The notes under the pieces: generated by a model
The model's input: only the letters and a program-made list of their open reading frames with translations
What the model was told of the DNA's origin: nothing
The model's database searches: none
Assembly (NCBI GenBank): GCA_000002445.1
Contig: CH464491.1
Location: 1,184,001 to 1,248,000 of the forward strand
Source: Trypanosoma brucei
Taxonomy: Eukaryota
DNA length: 64,000 nucleotides
Direction of reading: 5' to 3'
Translations under genes and position numbers: made by a program
Shown here: piece by piece, positions 1 to 9,566 of the stretch
How positions within the stretch are numbered: the stretch's first letter is position 1
Layout of the letters: each line of letters starts with the position of its first letter

Positions 1-1106
1 TCCGGAGTAACGGGTCCAGCGTGCCGCCCCGCTGCAAGCCACTGTGTCGTCACTTCTGAAATGCGCGATTGGAAGTGGGCAAAGCTCTCCCAGTTCCCGA
101 CGCAGATACCCAAGAAAGCAGTGGGATTTTCCCGTATCATCGACCGGATTAGAAGGTTACCGAGCCCGTGGGTCCCGAACTCACCATCGTTGGGTGGATT
201 CCCCCTGGTTGTGGAGGCCAGTTGGCCAAGGAGGCTGAGGATCAAGCCATCGCTTACAATTTCGTCTTCGTCAGCTTCGGTTGTGTTGTTTTCGTTGCTG
301 TGTGGTGCAGCGGCGTCCGCCGTTCGACCTGCGTTGTGTTCGGAAGAACGATGGTTCCCACTGATTTCGGATGTCGGCTCGACGTGTGTGCTTACACTCA
401 ACGACGGAAGATAAATACGTCTCCCCAACCGTTCGAGACGATCCGGCAGCTCGTCAAGATCGTTCGTCGTCACGTGCAGATGAATATGGAGGGATGTCGG
501 CTCTGGAGTGGAAGAGTTGCGGCCAATGAGAACACGAGTCGATTGGTGGTGTGTCTGCATATGTTGCTGTCCTGCCTGAGGTTCTTCCTGTGGCTGCTGG
601 GATTGCTGAGTTTGATTTTGGGATTGAGTTCGAGTTTGTTGCGGAGTTTGGGTCCCTTCAAAACGACTAAAGGCCTGAACAGCTGCGGGAAGCATTGTCC
701 GAGCAATTGACATCATTACGGGCACACCGTCGCGCGCGTTCCCAGTGGAAGCATTCCGTATATCCGGTATGATATTTGTTAAGAACTCAGTGAGACCTGT
801 CGGGGACATGATGCTTGCGGTGATATCCATCCCCCCACTCACTCCACGTCGAGCATCACCACTGGTGTTATTATTTGCGGCCCCTGGCGAAACCACTACA
901 TGGACAGTAGTGCCATCTTGCAGGAAGGAGCTTAAAGGGCGTGATCCATCGATAAGCTGGCCCATGTGGATGAGGCGTAGCTGCTCCGGCGGAGCCCCGA
1001 GTCGCTCTCCTATGCGGCGGCGCAGGCCCTCAACACCTTCTTCGACATCAACCTCTAAACCATTAATTGTGTGTTCGGGTCGTGCACCGGAGACGTTGAT
1101 GTGCAT
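1..1106 (-). CDS. Ubiquitin-like (UBL) domain protein, N-terminal part; the C-terminus runs off the left edge. It is not in the ORF track because no stop occurs inside the window.
   Basis: Manual reverse-complement translation from the ATG at 1106..1104, which is preceded by an in-frame TAG at 1127..1125. It reads MHINVSGARPEHTINGLEVDVEEGVEGLRRRIGERLGAPPEQLRLIHMGQLIDGSRPLSSFLQDGTTVHVVV, a ubiquitin beta-grasp pattern comparable to MQIFVKTLTGKTITLEV...[36 protein letters not shown]. A Q-rich low-complexity stretch (QTPQQTRTQSQNQTQQSQQPQEEPQAGQQ) follows. I count about 368 codons with no stop through position 1. Confidence 0.6.
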   Translation of the reverse strand, partial: MHINVSGARPEHTINGLEVDVEEGVEGLRRRIGERLGAPPEQLRLIHMGQLIDGSRPLSSFLQDGTTVHVVVSPGAANNNTSGDARRGVSGGMDITASIMSPTGLTEFLTNIIPDIRNASTGNARDGVPVMMSIARTMLPAAVQAFSRFEGTQTPQQTRTQSQNQTQQSQQPQEEPQAGQQHMQTHHQSTRVLIGRNSSTPEPTSLHIHLHVTTNDLDELPDRLERLGRRIYLPSLSVSTHVEPTSEISGNHRSSEHNAGRTADAAAPHSNENNTTEADEDEIVSDGLILSLLGQLASTTRGNPPNDGEFGTHGLGNLLIRSMIRENPTAFLGICVGNWESFAHFQSRISEVTTQWLAAGRHAGPVTP

Positions 1107-1449
1107 TATGCCCCCACACACACACTAGCTGCTATTTCCCTACTAACTTTACAGCGGATTCCTACTTTGAAATTCGATCACTATCGTACAACGAACGATA
1201 AGCATAAAAAATGAACTGACATGTGCGTATACGCGGTATTGTGTCACATCGTGTGGGGCAGAGAATAGAGAACAAAGTAAGTGGAGGAATTCAAAACGCG
1301 TATATATCACCGCTATAACAATAAGTGGAAAGAGGAGGAGTCCTCTGCGCACTGCCCACTAGGATCCGAGTCGTGGGCACTAGCAGCACGGGGCCACACA
1401 AATACGTGCATCATCCCGCATGGAGAAGCTGTGAACACGGCCCCATCGT

Positions 1450-2091
1450 TCAATCGAGGTCATATTCAAATTTAATCTTGGAAGCGCACTCCCGAACCGC
1501 TTCAATCTTGGACGCCACACACTCAGTCATCCAACCGCTTTCGCGCACCAAGTGTTCCGCATCACTGATCATCAGTTCACCAAGATTTAAATGCTGCATC
1601 ATAAGCAAGCTGCCATAATACGGAGCGTAGTTGATACGCCGTTCCCCCATCGTCAACCTTCTGACGATGTAACGTTTTTTCGCAGCATCCGAAAGCTGAA
1701 GAAACTCATGCAGTGGAGTCTCCTCGTCATCTGGCCAGTTGGGCAACCTGTCACACCTATCCTTTTCGTCTAGAGTCGCGTGTTCCTCAACCTCAGCATC
1801 GAGAGCAGCTTGGTATCTATCATGCATGCCAGGCTCATAGTGCACACGTCCAAAGAAGGCGTTCTCCCAACTCTTCGCCATGCGCCGGCGCTCCTCCACC
1901 GTGGCTTTTGATGCCTTCGGGGTCTCTCCAGAGTCACCGCTGCCACCACTATTTGCGCCACTCGTCTCATCCCCTCCGGCACCACGCCGATCCCCAGCGA
2001 AGGTTGAGTAAAAGGAAAATGACACTAATCCACGGTTACATCCGCAATATGCCCGCCCTCGTACCGGTGCCCTGCACGCAGTGGAAAGCAT
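1450..2091 (-). CDS. hypothetical protein, 213 aa (Gly/Ser-rich N-terminus, conserved-looking C-terminal half)
   Basis: Long minus-strand ORF in register with the gene cluster. I see no recognisable family signature. Confidence 0.5.
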   Translation of the reverse strand: MLSTACRAPVRGRAYCGCNRGLVSFSFYSTFAGDRRGAGGDETSGANSGGSGDSGETPKASKATVEERRRMAKSWENAFFGRVHYEPGMHDRYQAALDAEVEEHATLDEKDRCDRLPNWPDDEETPLHEFLQLSDAAKKRYIVRRLTMGERRINYAPYYGSLLMMQHLNLGELMISDAEHLVRESGWMTECVASKIEAVRECASKIKFEYDLD

Positions 2092-2489
2092 ACCACCTCC
2101 ATTCCCCGCGCGGGTTCGAAAACAGAATTCAGCGAAACGAAAAAAAAAAGAAGAGTGAGGAAAATTTTATGAAGCCCCACCAGAAAATAATTGTACACTA
2201 GCAGAAGGAGGGGAATCTCCCTTCACCCGGCAGTAAGATGAAATATTTTCAGAGGCTCCGTTACTGAGAACAAGATCTCATGAAACAGGTCCGCACGGTT
2301 TTGCCAAAGGGTGTCCTGCTTGATCTCCCACAGAATGCGGGCCACACAGTAGCTAGGGAAGGCGTCTCGCCTCTTGTTTCCTGTGGCTTCGTCCGCAAGC
2401 AGCACCTCTTTTGCACGCCTCTATCGCAGACATAAACACGCGACAAGACGTGATATAAACTCACGATAAAAAATGATGTCACAAATTTC

Positions 2490-4415
2490 TCAAATCTCAC
2501 CCGTTTCACCATCGAGCGTCACCATGACAGCAGTTTCCTGCACATCATCCACCAAAACAACTCCTTCCGCCCCCTCACCAAACATACCGCGGTTTACCCT
2601 CAATCGAAGCGCACCACTCGCGTTATGAGAGAGCGCATCTACCTTCCGCGGGCACATATACAAGGCACCTCCGGCGCTAACGGGGCACCCTTGCCCTGCT
2701 GCTGCAAAGCACATCGCGCGGTCGGAGAGCCAAACGAATACTTTGGACTCACAATTGTCCGTTGTAATGAGTAACGGTTCGTCCTGCCCCACAGACGTAC
2801 TCGCGGTAGACCGACTTCCATCACCGCAGGACGCACTGCCACCCTGCGCCACCTTTCCCGTACCATCATCCCTCCCATGCCGAAGCGGCTGCATGTAATG
2901 GCGGCGCTGGAACTGCCAGTATTTCGAGTGTGGTGAAGGCGGCCAGTATAGTCCCACTGCATTCGCGCGGTGACATAAAACCGACAACACTCTCTGCTGA
3001 ACAACGTCAATCACAATAACAGTGCTGGGCCACAGCGGTAATATAACAGCTGCCAACTTCCCGGATGCACTGATTGCTGCCAGACCGGCAGCACCGAGCT
3101 CCTTGTCATCCCCAGCAGCTGCCCATCCGTCATACTTCCCTAGACACGCAACATCACTCGAGTTCCGCTTATCCCCTCCACTCAACTGTAAGAATTCCAC
3201 AAAAGACTTCTCCGGTGACGAAGGTTCTTCCATCACCGTTAGCTCCCCCATTTTAAAAGGAAGCACAACGTCAGAATCAAAAAAGATACGCCGTAATGCC
3301 ACTACCCGCTTCTTGGAAGCGATCACTGCACGGCATGCCCTTCCGAACACAATAAGAAGCACATTGCCACACTTCGAAGCAGTCACATTTCGCACACCCG
3401 TTGGCTCATAATGTAGCAAACGGGTGCCATCGTAAGTTGTAAGCGCAACGGAGCCTTGAGTGTAATCTACTAACGCGATACCTCCTTGAAGTGGAATGCA
3501 GTCCGAAACACAAGGTACAAATTTGGCAATTGAGAAGGCGTGAAGCCCCTCATGTGTCGTGGCCGACAGCACAACAAGCCACTCACTCCGCCTCTGAAAA
3601 CATTTAGAGTCGGCGTTAGTTTGTTCCATGGCCGCCTGTGACTGAAGAGCATCTTCGCTGGATGCCGAATGCACCGAATCCTTTTCCGCATGAACTGCCG
3701 AGAGTGGCGAGTGCAGTAGTTTCGGTGTTACATAGAACAGGAAGCGATGACACAAAGAGAACCGGATTAGGGCAGCCTCGCTGACAGGTTTGCCTGGCCA
3801 CAAACTACCGCCACTTCTATCATCACTTCCGACTTTTCTACCACCACTGCGAGAGCGGAGTGGCGACGCATTACGCTGTCCTTGTGACGGTACAGTCAGC
3901 CGCAGCCCTGCCAACTGGGCGGAGTACTTCACACCTCCCGGTAGTTGCATTAGCTGACTATCCAGGAGAGAAAACACATGCGCATGCAAAAGGCCAACCC
4001 AATATACTGCACGAGACGACGGGTGCCAATGCATAGCGCGGAGTCCCACCACCCCGGCATCCACGCGAGCTACGCAGATCTTTCCATACACACTCACAAT
4101 TTCTATAATTCCTCTTCGCGCCAGCAATAAGGCCACAAGCGTACTGTCAGGTGACCATTGAAGTTCGTGTATTTCATCGAGAGCTGTGTATTTTGATATG
4201 ACCGAATCGTTCCGACACGCGGGGGGCACGACATCACCGTTTGATACAGGGGGAACAACATCATTGGGCGTCGTGGCGGTTTCCCCCTTCAGCTGGCAGG
4301 TGCGGCGGACGTAGTCAATAAACACAACAACCAGACCCTTTTTGACTATTGCGTAAAGACTTCGATTGGGTGACAGTGCGCATAGTTTACCGTTGTCCAC
4401 AGCTAGCACGCGCAT
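2490..4415 (-). CDS. hypothetical protein, 641 aa, possibly beta-propeller/WD-like
   Basis: Long ORF with non-repetitive composition. Stretches such as WSPDSTLVALLLARRGIIEIVSVYG and HWHPSSRAVYWVGLL resemble WD/propeller blades, but no clean WD40 repeats are visible. Confidence 0.55.
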   Translation of the reverse strand: MRVLAVDNGKLCALSPNRSLYAIVKKGLVVVFIDYVRRTCQLKGETATTPNDVVPPVSNGDVVPPACRNDSVISKYTALDEIHELQWSPDSTLVALLLARRGIIEIVSVYGKICVARVDAGVVGLRAMHWHPSSRAVYWVGLLHAHVFSLLDSQLMQLPGGVKYSAQLAGLRLTVPSQGQRNASPLRSRSGGRKVGSDDRSGGSLWPGKPVSEAALIRFSLCHRFLFYVTPKLLHSPLSAVHAEKDSVHSASSEDALQSQAAMEQTNADSKCFQRRSEWLVVLSATTHEGLHAFSIAKFVPCVSDCIPLQGGIALVDYTQGSVALTTYDGTRLLHYEPTGVRNVTASKCGNVLLIVFGRACRAVIASKKRVVALRRIFFDSDVVLPFKMGELTVMEEPSSPEKSFVEFLQLSGGDKRNSSDVACLGKYDGWAAAGDDKELGAAGLAAISASGKLAAVILPLWPSTVIVIDVVQQRVLSVLCHRANAVGLYWPPSPHSKYWQFQRRHYMQPLRHGRDDGTGKVAQGGSASCGDGSRSTASTSVGQDEPLLITTDNCESKVFVWLSDRAMCFAAAGQGCPVSAGGALYMCPRKVDALSHNASGALRLRVNRGMFGEGAEGVVLVDDVQETAVMVTLDGETGEI

Positions 4416-4430
4416 GTCCCGGTCTAAACG

Positions 4431-4550
4431 CTAAAACAAACAAAGTGAAAAAAAAGAAGCAAAAATGAGGAGGAAAATGAAGCTTAAGCAAAGACTAACA
4501 GAAAACACGACGTGAAAAGAGCGACTTCCAAGAGGAAACAATAAGGGACT
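4431..4550 (-). promoter_or_regulatory. Polypyrimidine tract region (purine-rich on the + strand) directly upstream of the 2490..4415 gene; candidate trans-splice acceptor and upstream polyadenylation signal
   Basis: The + strand reads aaacaaagtgaaaaaaaagaagcaaaaatgaggaggaaaatgaagcttaagcaaagactaacagaaaacacgacgtgaaaagag, which is a pyrimidine run on the coding strand. Kinetoplastid mRNA processing uses such tracts. Confidence 0.45.
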
Positions 4551-5067
4551 CGTGCATAACCATTTAGAAGCCACCCTCAGCACTGGTGCAACGTGCCAAA
4601 ACCGGCAATACCAGTGGGGGAAGGTACAGCGTCGACAGGGTCTGCGCATTCTGAGAGTGTGTGTGTGCCCCCTTCCCCTCGCATACACACACAATGACCT
4701 GGTTCCGCAACGGATTATAAATACCAACCGAGGAAGAGTGCACTCAGATGCTCCTCTCTTTTTTTAAAGAAAAAAAATCCTCTGGGAATAAACCCATGCA
4801 CCCATGTTTGCGTTGGTCCTCAAAGAGTCACAAAACCACCGGTGGATCAACGCTCCCGCCATTTATGCATCAGACCACACCTTACTAAACCCCCTTAGCT
4901 ACCGTTGACATCCTGATACTACAAGCCGGTTGAGCTTACCCTATATCCACACATGCGCGTAAACACACTTGTACATGCGTGTCACCCCGATCCGTAACCT
5001 CGTTGACAACGTGTTAACAATTCAGAAAACTCGAAGCCATCTGTCTCTGTCGGTTTGTCATCCGTCA

Positions 5068-8000
5068 TCAGTATCCACAAATAAGGGGTTCTCCACTGTT
5101 ATCTCCAGTTCCACCACACGGTAAAGGTACCAGGGGAGTGGCACAAGTCTCTACCACATCACCTGTTACGGTGGCAAACAGGGAAGCACACCCCGAGCCA
5201 TCGGAATCCCAAACTTCATGATATGTCACGCGGTGCTTAAGTAATGCGTTGCCTCCCATGAGGATCACCATCGCCTGAACCATGCACTGCATTTCAATCT
5301 CTGTTTGCTGGAAGAAGATCCCCAAATCAGTGGAGTTGTCGACCTCGTACGCCTCGCGAATGAAGTGTTGGGAGAGCCGCCCCACGTAACGTTTGATAGC
5401 CTGCCCCGCAACAAAATCTTGAGATGTAAATATCACAACAGGGTCTCCCGCCTCCAGTTCTCCCGGATCAGACGGAATTCGGCGCATTGGCTCATGAAGT
5501 AAATATCCACCACCCGCAACTTCCGACGAAATTGGTGTGGTCTCACACTGTTGGGCGTTAGACCTCGGTCGCCTATTTGTTTGGCTCCCCGTGGGTTTTA
5601 AGATATTTCCCACGAAAGCTGTGACTTTTGAGGCAAAGGTTCGTAGTTTGCGCCCTATGACGCCATGGCGCCTTCTGTTGTCACTGTAGAATTCAAACGC
5701 ATCGGAGGGCGCAGAAACTGGTGCGACGATCCTCTCGTTCCACCATTGAGCGGGATTTACTGCATCCACCTTGAAAACATACGGAAGCGTATAAGGTGCG
5801 TTGCTCATCGTAAAGACTCTCGGCTCAGCGTCCTGTGGCGCAGGCCCAGCCCCGCAGCTACTGCTTCCAAGTGGCGGAGAACGAAGTCCATCCACCATAT
5901 GTGTTTCTCCATGACTGTTCGAGCCGTGATCAACAGGTTTTGTGTCGGCGTCTAAATAACGCATGCATTCGCTGAAGGAGCGTTTCTCTAACTCCATCAA
6001 GCGGATTTGCTGCTCAGTCGTGCACGTCATGAGACATCCCTCCATTCGAAGATGTAGTTCTCCCGAATTCGGCTCGAAAAAGAAATCACACGCGTAACTT
6101 GTAACACAAAGTCTAGACAACGAAGAACGGCCACAGCGGCGTAGCGCCGCCCGGCACACTGTCTGGACATAGGAACGTTTGGCGTTAGCAACACATTCGC
6201 TAACAGTTGCTACCGCTGTGGCACCGTGATATGTCCGAGGAAGTGCGAAACGGGTGTTTAACACAACACGCTCCTGGGAACCGTACATATTTGCTGATTC
6301 CGGTACATACGGTATCGTAACCATCAAACTATCTTCAAACGATAGATCTCCGATCATTCCAAGCATCATCTCTGCCTCTTCTTCATCATCGATCTTGACA
6401 ATATAGTCTGTAGTTTTATCGGCTTTCCCAGCCCCACCAGGTTCGTGGTTGCTGCAAGACCCACCAAAAGATTCGTTGTCATCCCAATGGTCAGACATGA
6501 AATCATCCGCACAAACCTCAAAAGGATCGCAGGAAGAGTCTGAGCCACGTAGGTTGCTGTTAGCGAACCGGGCGCCAATGTTCATTGCGAGGCCACCCAG
6601 ACGATGATGCCGACTACGCCCAAGCTGCTCAGCTACAGCCTCGAGGCGAATTACAGACTCCTTGTTTCGTATTGCAGGGTCAAGCACCTCCACACGAGGG
6701 GGCGACGGCACGGGAAGACCCACAAGGCAGCAGCCCGTCCCCGTCAGCGTTCCAATAATGGTGTCGTGTGAAATGCTAAGGGTGATGCGAATACCAAAGA
6801 CGGCATTCAGTTTTTGGAACTTGAGATTGAAGAGAAGTTGTTTGTGCAAAGAATACTCAATGTACGGCAACGCTTGCGACACAGCAAGAGCGAGTCCAAC
6901 ACCACGAATTGCACTCTTTTCCTTCGTCACAACGGCCTGAACGAGCCGCGGTCGTTCTCTGTAAATGAGTTCCTGCGGCATCGCACATGATGTAAGAAGT
7001 ACTTCGGGTACCAACCTAGAGTGGCAGACATTGCACATAAATTGGTTTGCGTCCTCCTCTGTTGCATCCTTGTATCGCACCACTGGAGCGTATAGGTGGA
7101 GCAACGAGCACGCCTTTCTCGCGGCAAACCTTTTCCTCACTGATTGGTACAGAAGTTCCGGACCACAGCGAAGCGGGTGAAGTGTAAGATTAAGCATGAC
7201 AGCCGTGCCGAAAAGTGATAGCACCACCACGTCTTCGTGGTATAGCACCGCCTCCTCATAACCGATAACGACATTACAGTGAAAAGCACGAGCATTGGCC
7301 CTCAGCTCTTCCCGCAGTTCCATCCACCATGCATCGCGTTCTTGAGAAATGAGGTGTCTAGATTTCATCTTGGCTACGATCTTCACGGACATGGCACTGA
7401 TGTGACCACCGACGTGCTCTACGGTTCCGCAAGGCAGGTCCTTTACGGTCAATAAAAGGACGTTTGTTCGCATCCCCGTGGGTGCCGGTGGCAGCGACTC
7501 CATAGAAGGATTGTCTCCTCTCGTAGCGCCTGGTGAGTTGCTTTCATGTACGAAGGGTATGAGAGCGCTCGTCCCGTGAAAACTTGACGTCTGCTGCGCT
7601 GCAGTGGAGATGCCTAACCGTTGCTGTTGCGGTTGCTGCGCTGCTTGCACTGCTTCCTGTTCAAGACACCGGATATTCATGGCGACCACATTGTTACCAG
7701 CTAGGTCACCATGTCCAACAGCTGGTGGCATTTGTAGCGGTGTCGGCATGGAGCAATGCATAGCAACAGGCGAATCGCTCATGGGGGGAGTCAGCCTCTT
7801 CACTACCTGTATTTGTGCCGCTGGCACCGTATCTGCACCCCCTGGATCAACGAACTTCACTGCGGAGAGAACACATGGAGTGCCGTAGGCACGTACGATT
7901 ATACCGTTAGCCTCCATGTCAAACTCCTCTACGTAACCAAGTACTGCGTTGCACTGCATTTCCACCACCTTACGCGCCAACTGACGCCTAACTTTTCCAC

Positions 8001-8775
8001 TCAACTTGTACAGTTGAATGATGCGTGCTTCATTAGTGGATCGTGTGCTTCGCAGGTTCGTGAGTTTGGAATGCTCGGGGTCTGCCTTCACGATTAACTC
8101 CTCCACCATTGTAAGCATAGTCTCCACACGATACACGGAAGGGTCCAATCTCCACGCAGAAAAAATAAGAACTCCCTCATCCCCCATGGTGAAAGAGGGA
8201 TGTTGCGCCCGCGCTGCTCGCAGTGGTTCCAAATCGCTTGACATTTGCATAAAGGCGGCCGAAGGTACAGCTTGTGGCTGTTGACTGGTCTCCCCGCGAG
8301 TGTGGGGGCTCCTCGTGTTTTGTGGTGAAGGTAGTTTGCAGACGTACCGCTTAGGCAGACGCGGGGCTAGTGGATTCTCCGCTGTGTGAAACTTTATCTT
8401 TAGCGTAAGGCGAATCTCCCCCCGTATGCCTTCAGTGCTAGTGTCAAAGAGAGGGAACCAGCCACTCATGGAAGCATTGCTCTTCAGGACCATAGAATTG
8501 AGGTCCACAAAGGTGTGTCCCACGATGTCGTCGCGACTGAAAATGTCGTGGTCATAGACGCGCACTTCGAGCGGGTCCTCCTGCAAAACAAGCAGGTCCG
8601 GCGTGTCAAAGCGGAAAACTCTGTTCCATACGGGATGGCACGACATGCGGGAAATATCTGTAGTGTATTCAAGGTCATCGAGCTTCACCACAACGTAGGT
8701 ATCAGCGAGACCCGTTGTGCGGTCCATGACGGGGAGGTCACGCGCCTCATGTACGGTCACCGTCAGTGTTGCCAT
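5068..8775 (-). CDS. C2 domain protein, 1235 aa, with three YbjQ/DUF74-like repeats in the C-terminal half
   Basis: The N-terminus, MATLTVTVHEARDLPVMDRTTGLADTYVVVKLDDLEYTTDISRMSCHPVWNRVFRFDTPDLLVLQEDPLEVRVYDHDIFSRDDIVGHTFVDL, is a classical C2 beta-sandwich. Three repeats carry the YbjQ-like pattern: KVRRQLARKVVEMQCNAVLGYVEEFDMEANGIIVRAYGTPCVL, ELREELRANARAFHCNVVIGYEEAVLYHEDVVVLSLFGTAVML, and HFIREAYEVDNSTDLGIFFQQTEIEMQCMVQAMVILMGGNALLKHRVTYHEVWDSDGSGCASLFATVTGDVV. Confidence 0.8.
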   Translation of the reverse strand: MATLTVTVHEARDLPVMDRTTGLADTYVVVKLDDLEYTTDISRMSCHPVWNRVFRFDTPDLLVLQEDPLEVRVYDHDIFSRDDIVGHTFVDLNSMVLKSNASMSGWFPLFDTSTEGIRGEIRLTLKIKFHTAENPLAPRLPKRYVCKLPSPQNTRSPHTRGETSQQPQAVPSAAFMQMSSDLEPLRAARAQHPSFTMGDEGVLIFSAWRLDPSVYRVETMLTMVEELIVKADPEHSKLTNLRSTRSTNEARIIQLYKLSGKVRRQLARKVVEMQCNAVLGYVEEFDMEANGIIVRAYGTPCVLSAVKFVDPGGADTVPAAQIQVVKRLTPPMSDSPVAMHCSMPTPLQMPPAVGHGDLAGNNVVAMNIRCLEQEAVQAAQQPQQQRLGISTAAQQTSSFHGTSALIPFVHESNSPGATRGDNPSMESLPPAPTGMRTNVLLLTVKDLPCGTVEHVGGHISAMSVKIVAKMKSRHLISQERDAWWMELREELRANARAFHCNVVIGYEEAVLYHEDVVVLSLFGTAVMLNLTLHPLRCGPELLYQSVRKRFAARKACSLLHLYAPVVRYKDATEEDANQFMCNVCHSRLVPEVLLTSCAMPQELIYRERPRLVQAVVTKEKSAIRGVGLALAVSQALPYIEYSLHKQLLFNLKFQKLNAVFGIRITLSISHDTIIGTLTGTGCCLVGLPVPSPPRVEVLDPAIRNKESVIRLEAVAEQLGRSRHHRLGGLAMNIGARFANSNLRGSDSSCDPFEVCADDFMSDHWDDNESFGGSCSNHEPGGAGKADKTTDYIVKIDDEEEAEMMLGMIGDLSFEDSLMVTIPYVPESANMYGSQERVVLNTRFALPRTYHGATAVATVSECVANAKRSYVQTVCRAALRRCGRSSLSRLCVTSYACDFFFEPNSGELHLRMEGCLMTCTTEQQIRLMELEKRSFSECMRYLDADTKPVDHGSNSHGETHMVDGLRSPPLGSSSCGAGPAPQDAEPRVFTMSNAPYTLPYVFKVDAVNPAQWWNERIVAPVSAPSDAFEFYSDNRRRHGVIGRKLRTFASKVTAFVGNILKPTGSQTNRRPRSNAQQCETTPISSEVAGGGYLLHEPMRRIPSDPGELEAGDPVVIFTSQDFVAGQAIKRYVGRLSQHFIREAYEVDNSTDLGIFFQQTEIEMQCMVQAMVILMGGNALLKHRVTYHEVWDSDGSGCASLFATVTGDVVETCATPLVPLPCGGTGDNSGEPLICGY

Positions 8776-9120
8776 GTACCGATTCGCAAAATAGCGAACA
8801 CTAATAATGTCACAATTGTTACAATACCTTTTTTGGGGGTGTTTATTTTTGTTTGCCTATCGTCGATACCGAAAAATATGCACGGCACTCTGTAAATTAT
8901 GACTTAATCCCCTTACCAGTAGTACCAACACCTTGAATATCGCAGGCAAGCGAAGATTATGCGCAGTTGATGTACTGGCACCAAACGTAGATAGGAAAAC
9001 GTACAAGACAAATTTTATGCATTCGCATAGTTTGCGCAAGAATAGAGAGTGAATTAACTTGAAATACAACACAAGGAATGGGCATCTTTTTTTTCTTCCT
9101 GGGGGGGGGGGGTACGATTG

Positions 9121-9235
9121 AAGGAGACACGCGGCAACCAAATGATAGCTTAAACAAAATAAGGAAACGCAAAGGCGAAAGCATCTCCCCACAAAGAGAA
9201 AATGGCAATAATTATAATTAGGAAATCTCTGCACG
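9121..9235 (-). promoter_or_regulatory. Polypyrimidine tract (coding strand) upstream of the C2 gene, adjacent to a G12 homopolymer
   Basis: The + strand is purine-rich: ggagacacgcggcaaccaaatgatagcttaaacaaaataaggaaacgcaaaggcgaaagcatctccccacaaagagaaaatgg. It lies about 350 to 450 nt upstream of the start codon at 8775. Confidence 0.4.
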
Positions 9236-9542
9236 CGGTCTCGAGGTAAAACGGTACTGGTAGACACTGAACTTGTGTTGCAGAGGAGATCCGATAATAC
9301 GCAAAGACGGCACGCCTCGGCACACACTGTAGAGTAACAAACGTAATACAGACAGCAAATGAAATAAAATTAAAAAGGGGGATGTTAAAGTGTAAAAACA
9401 CCAAGACTCCTGACATAATCAAGCGGCGGCAATGTAAAATAGAGATAACATCACGGTCATCTTCCTCTCCCCTCTTAAACCCGAAAAAAGCTAATGCCAC
9501 AAAAGTGGTTCTATTTCTCCCTACTTGGCCACACACGCGCCA

Positions 9543-9566
9543 ATATATATATATATATATATATAT
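9543..9566. repeat. (AT)12 microsatellite abutting the DUSP stop codon
   Basis: atatatatatatatatatatatat seen directly. Confidence 0.9.

Noticed and set aside
2041-2130. tRNA-like T-loop motif gggttcgaa at about 2113
   Set aside because: No complementary T-stem is present (cgcgc is followed by aaaac), and no acceptor or anticodon arm structure could be built. It lies inside the 1450..2091 coding ORF and its flank.
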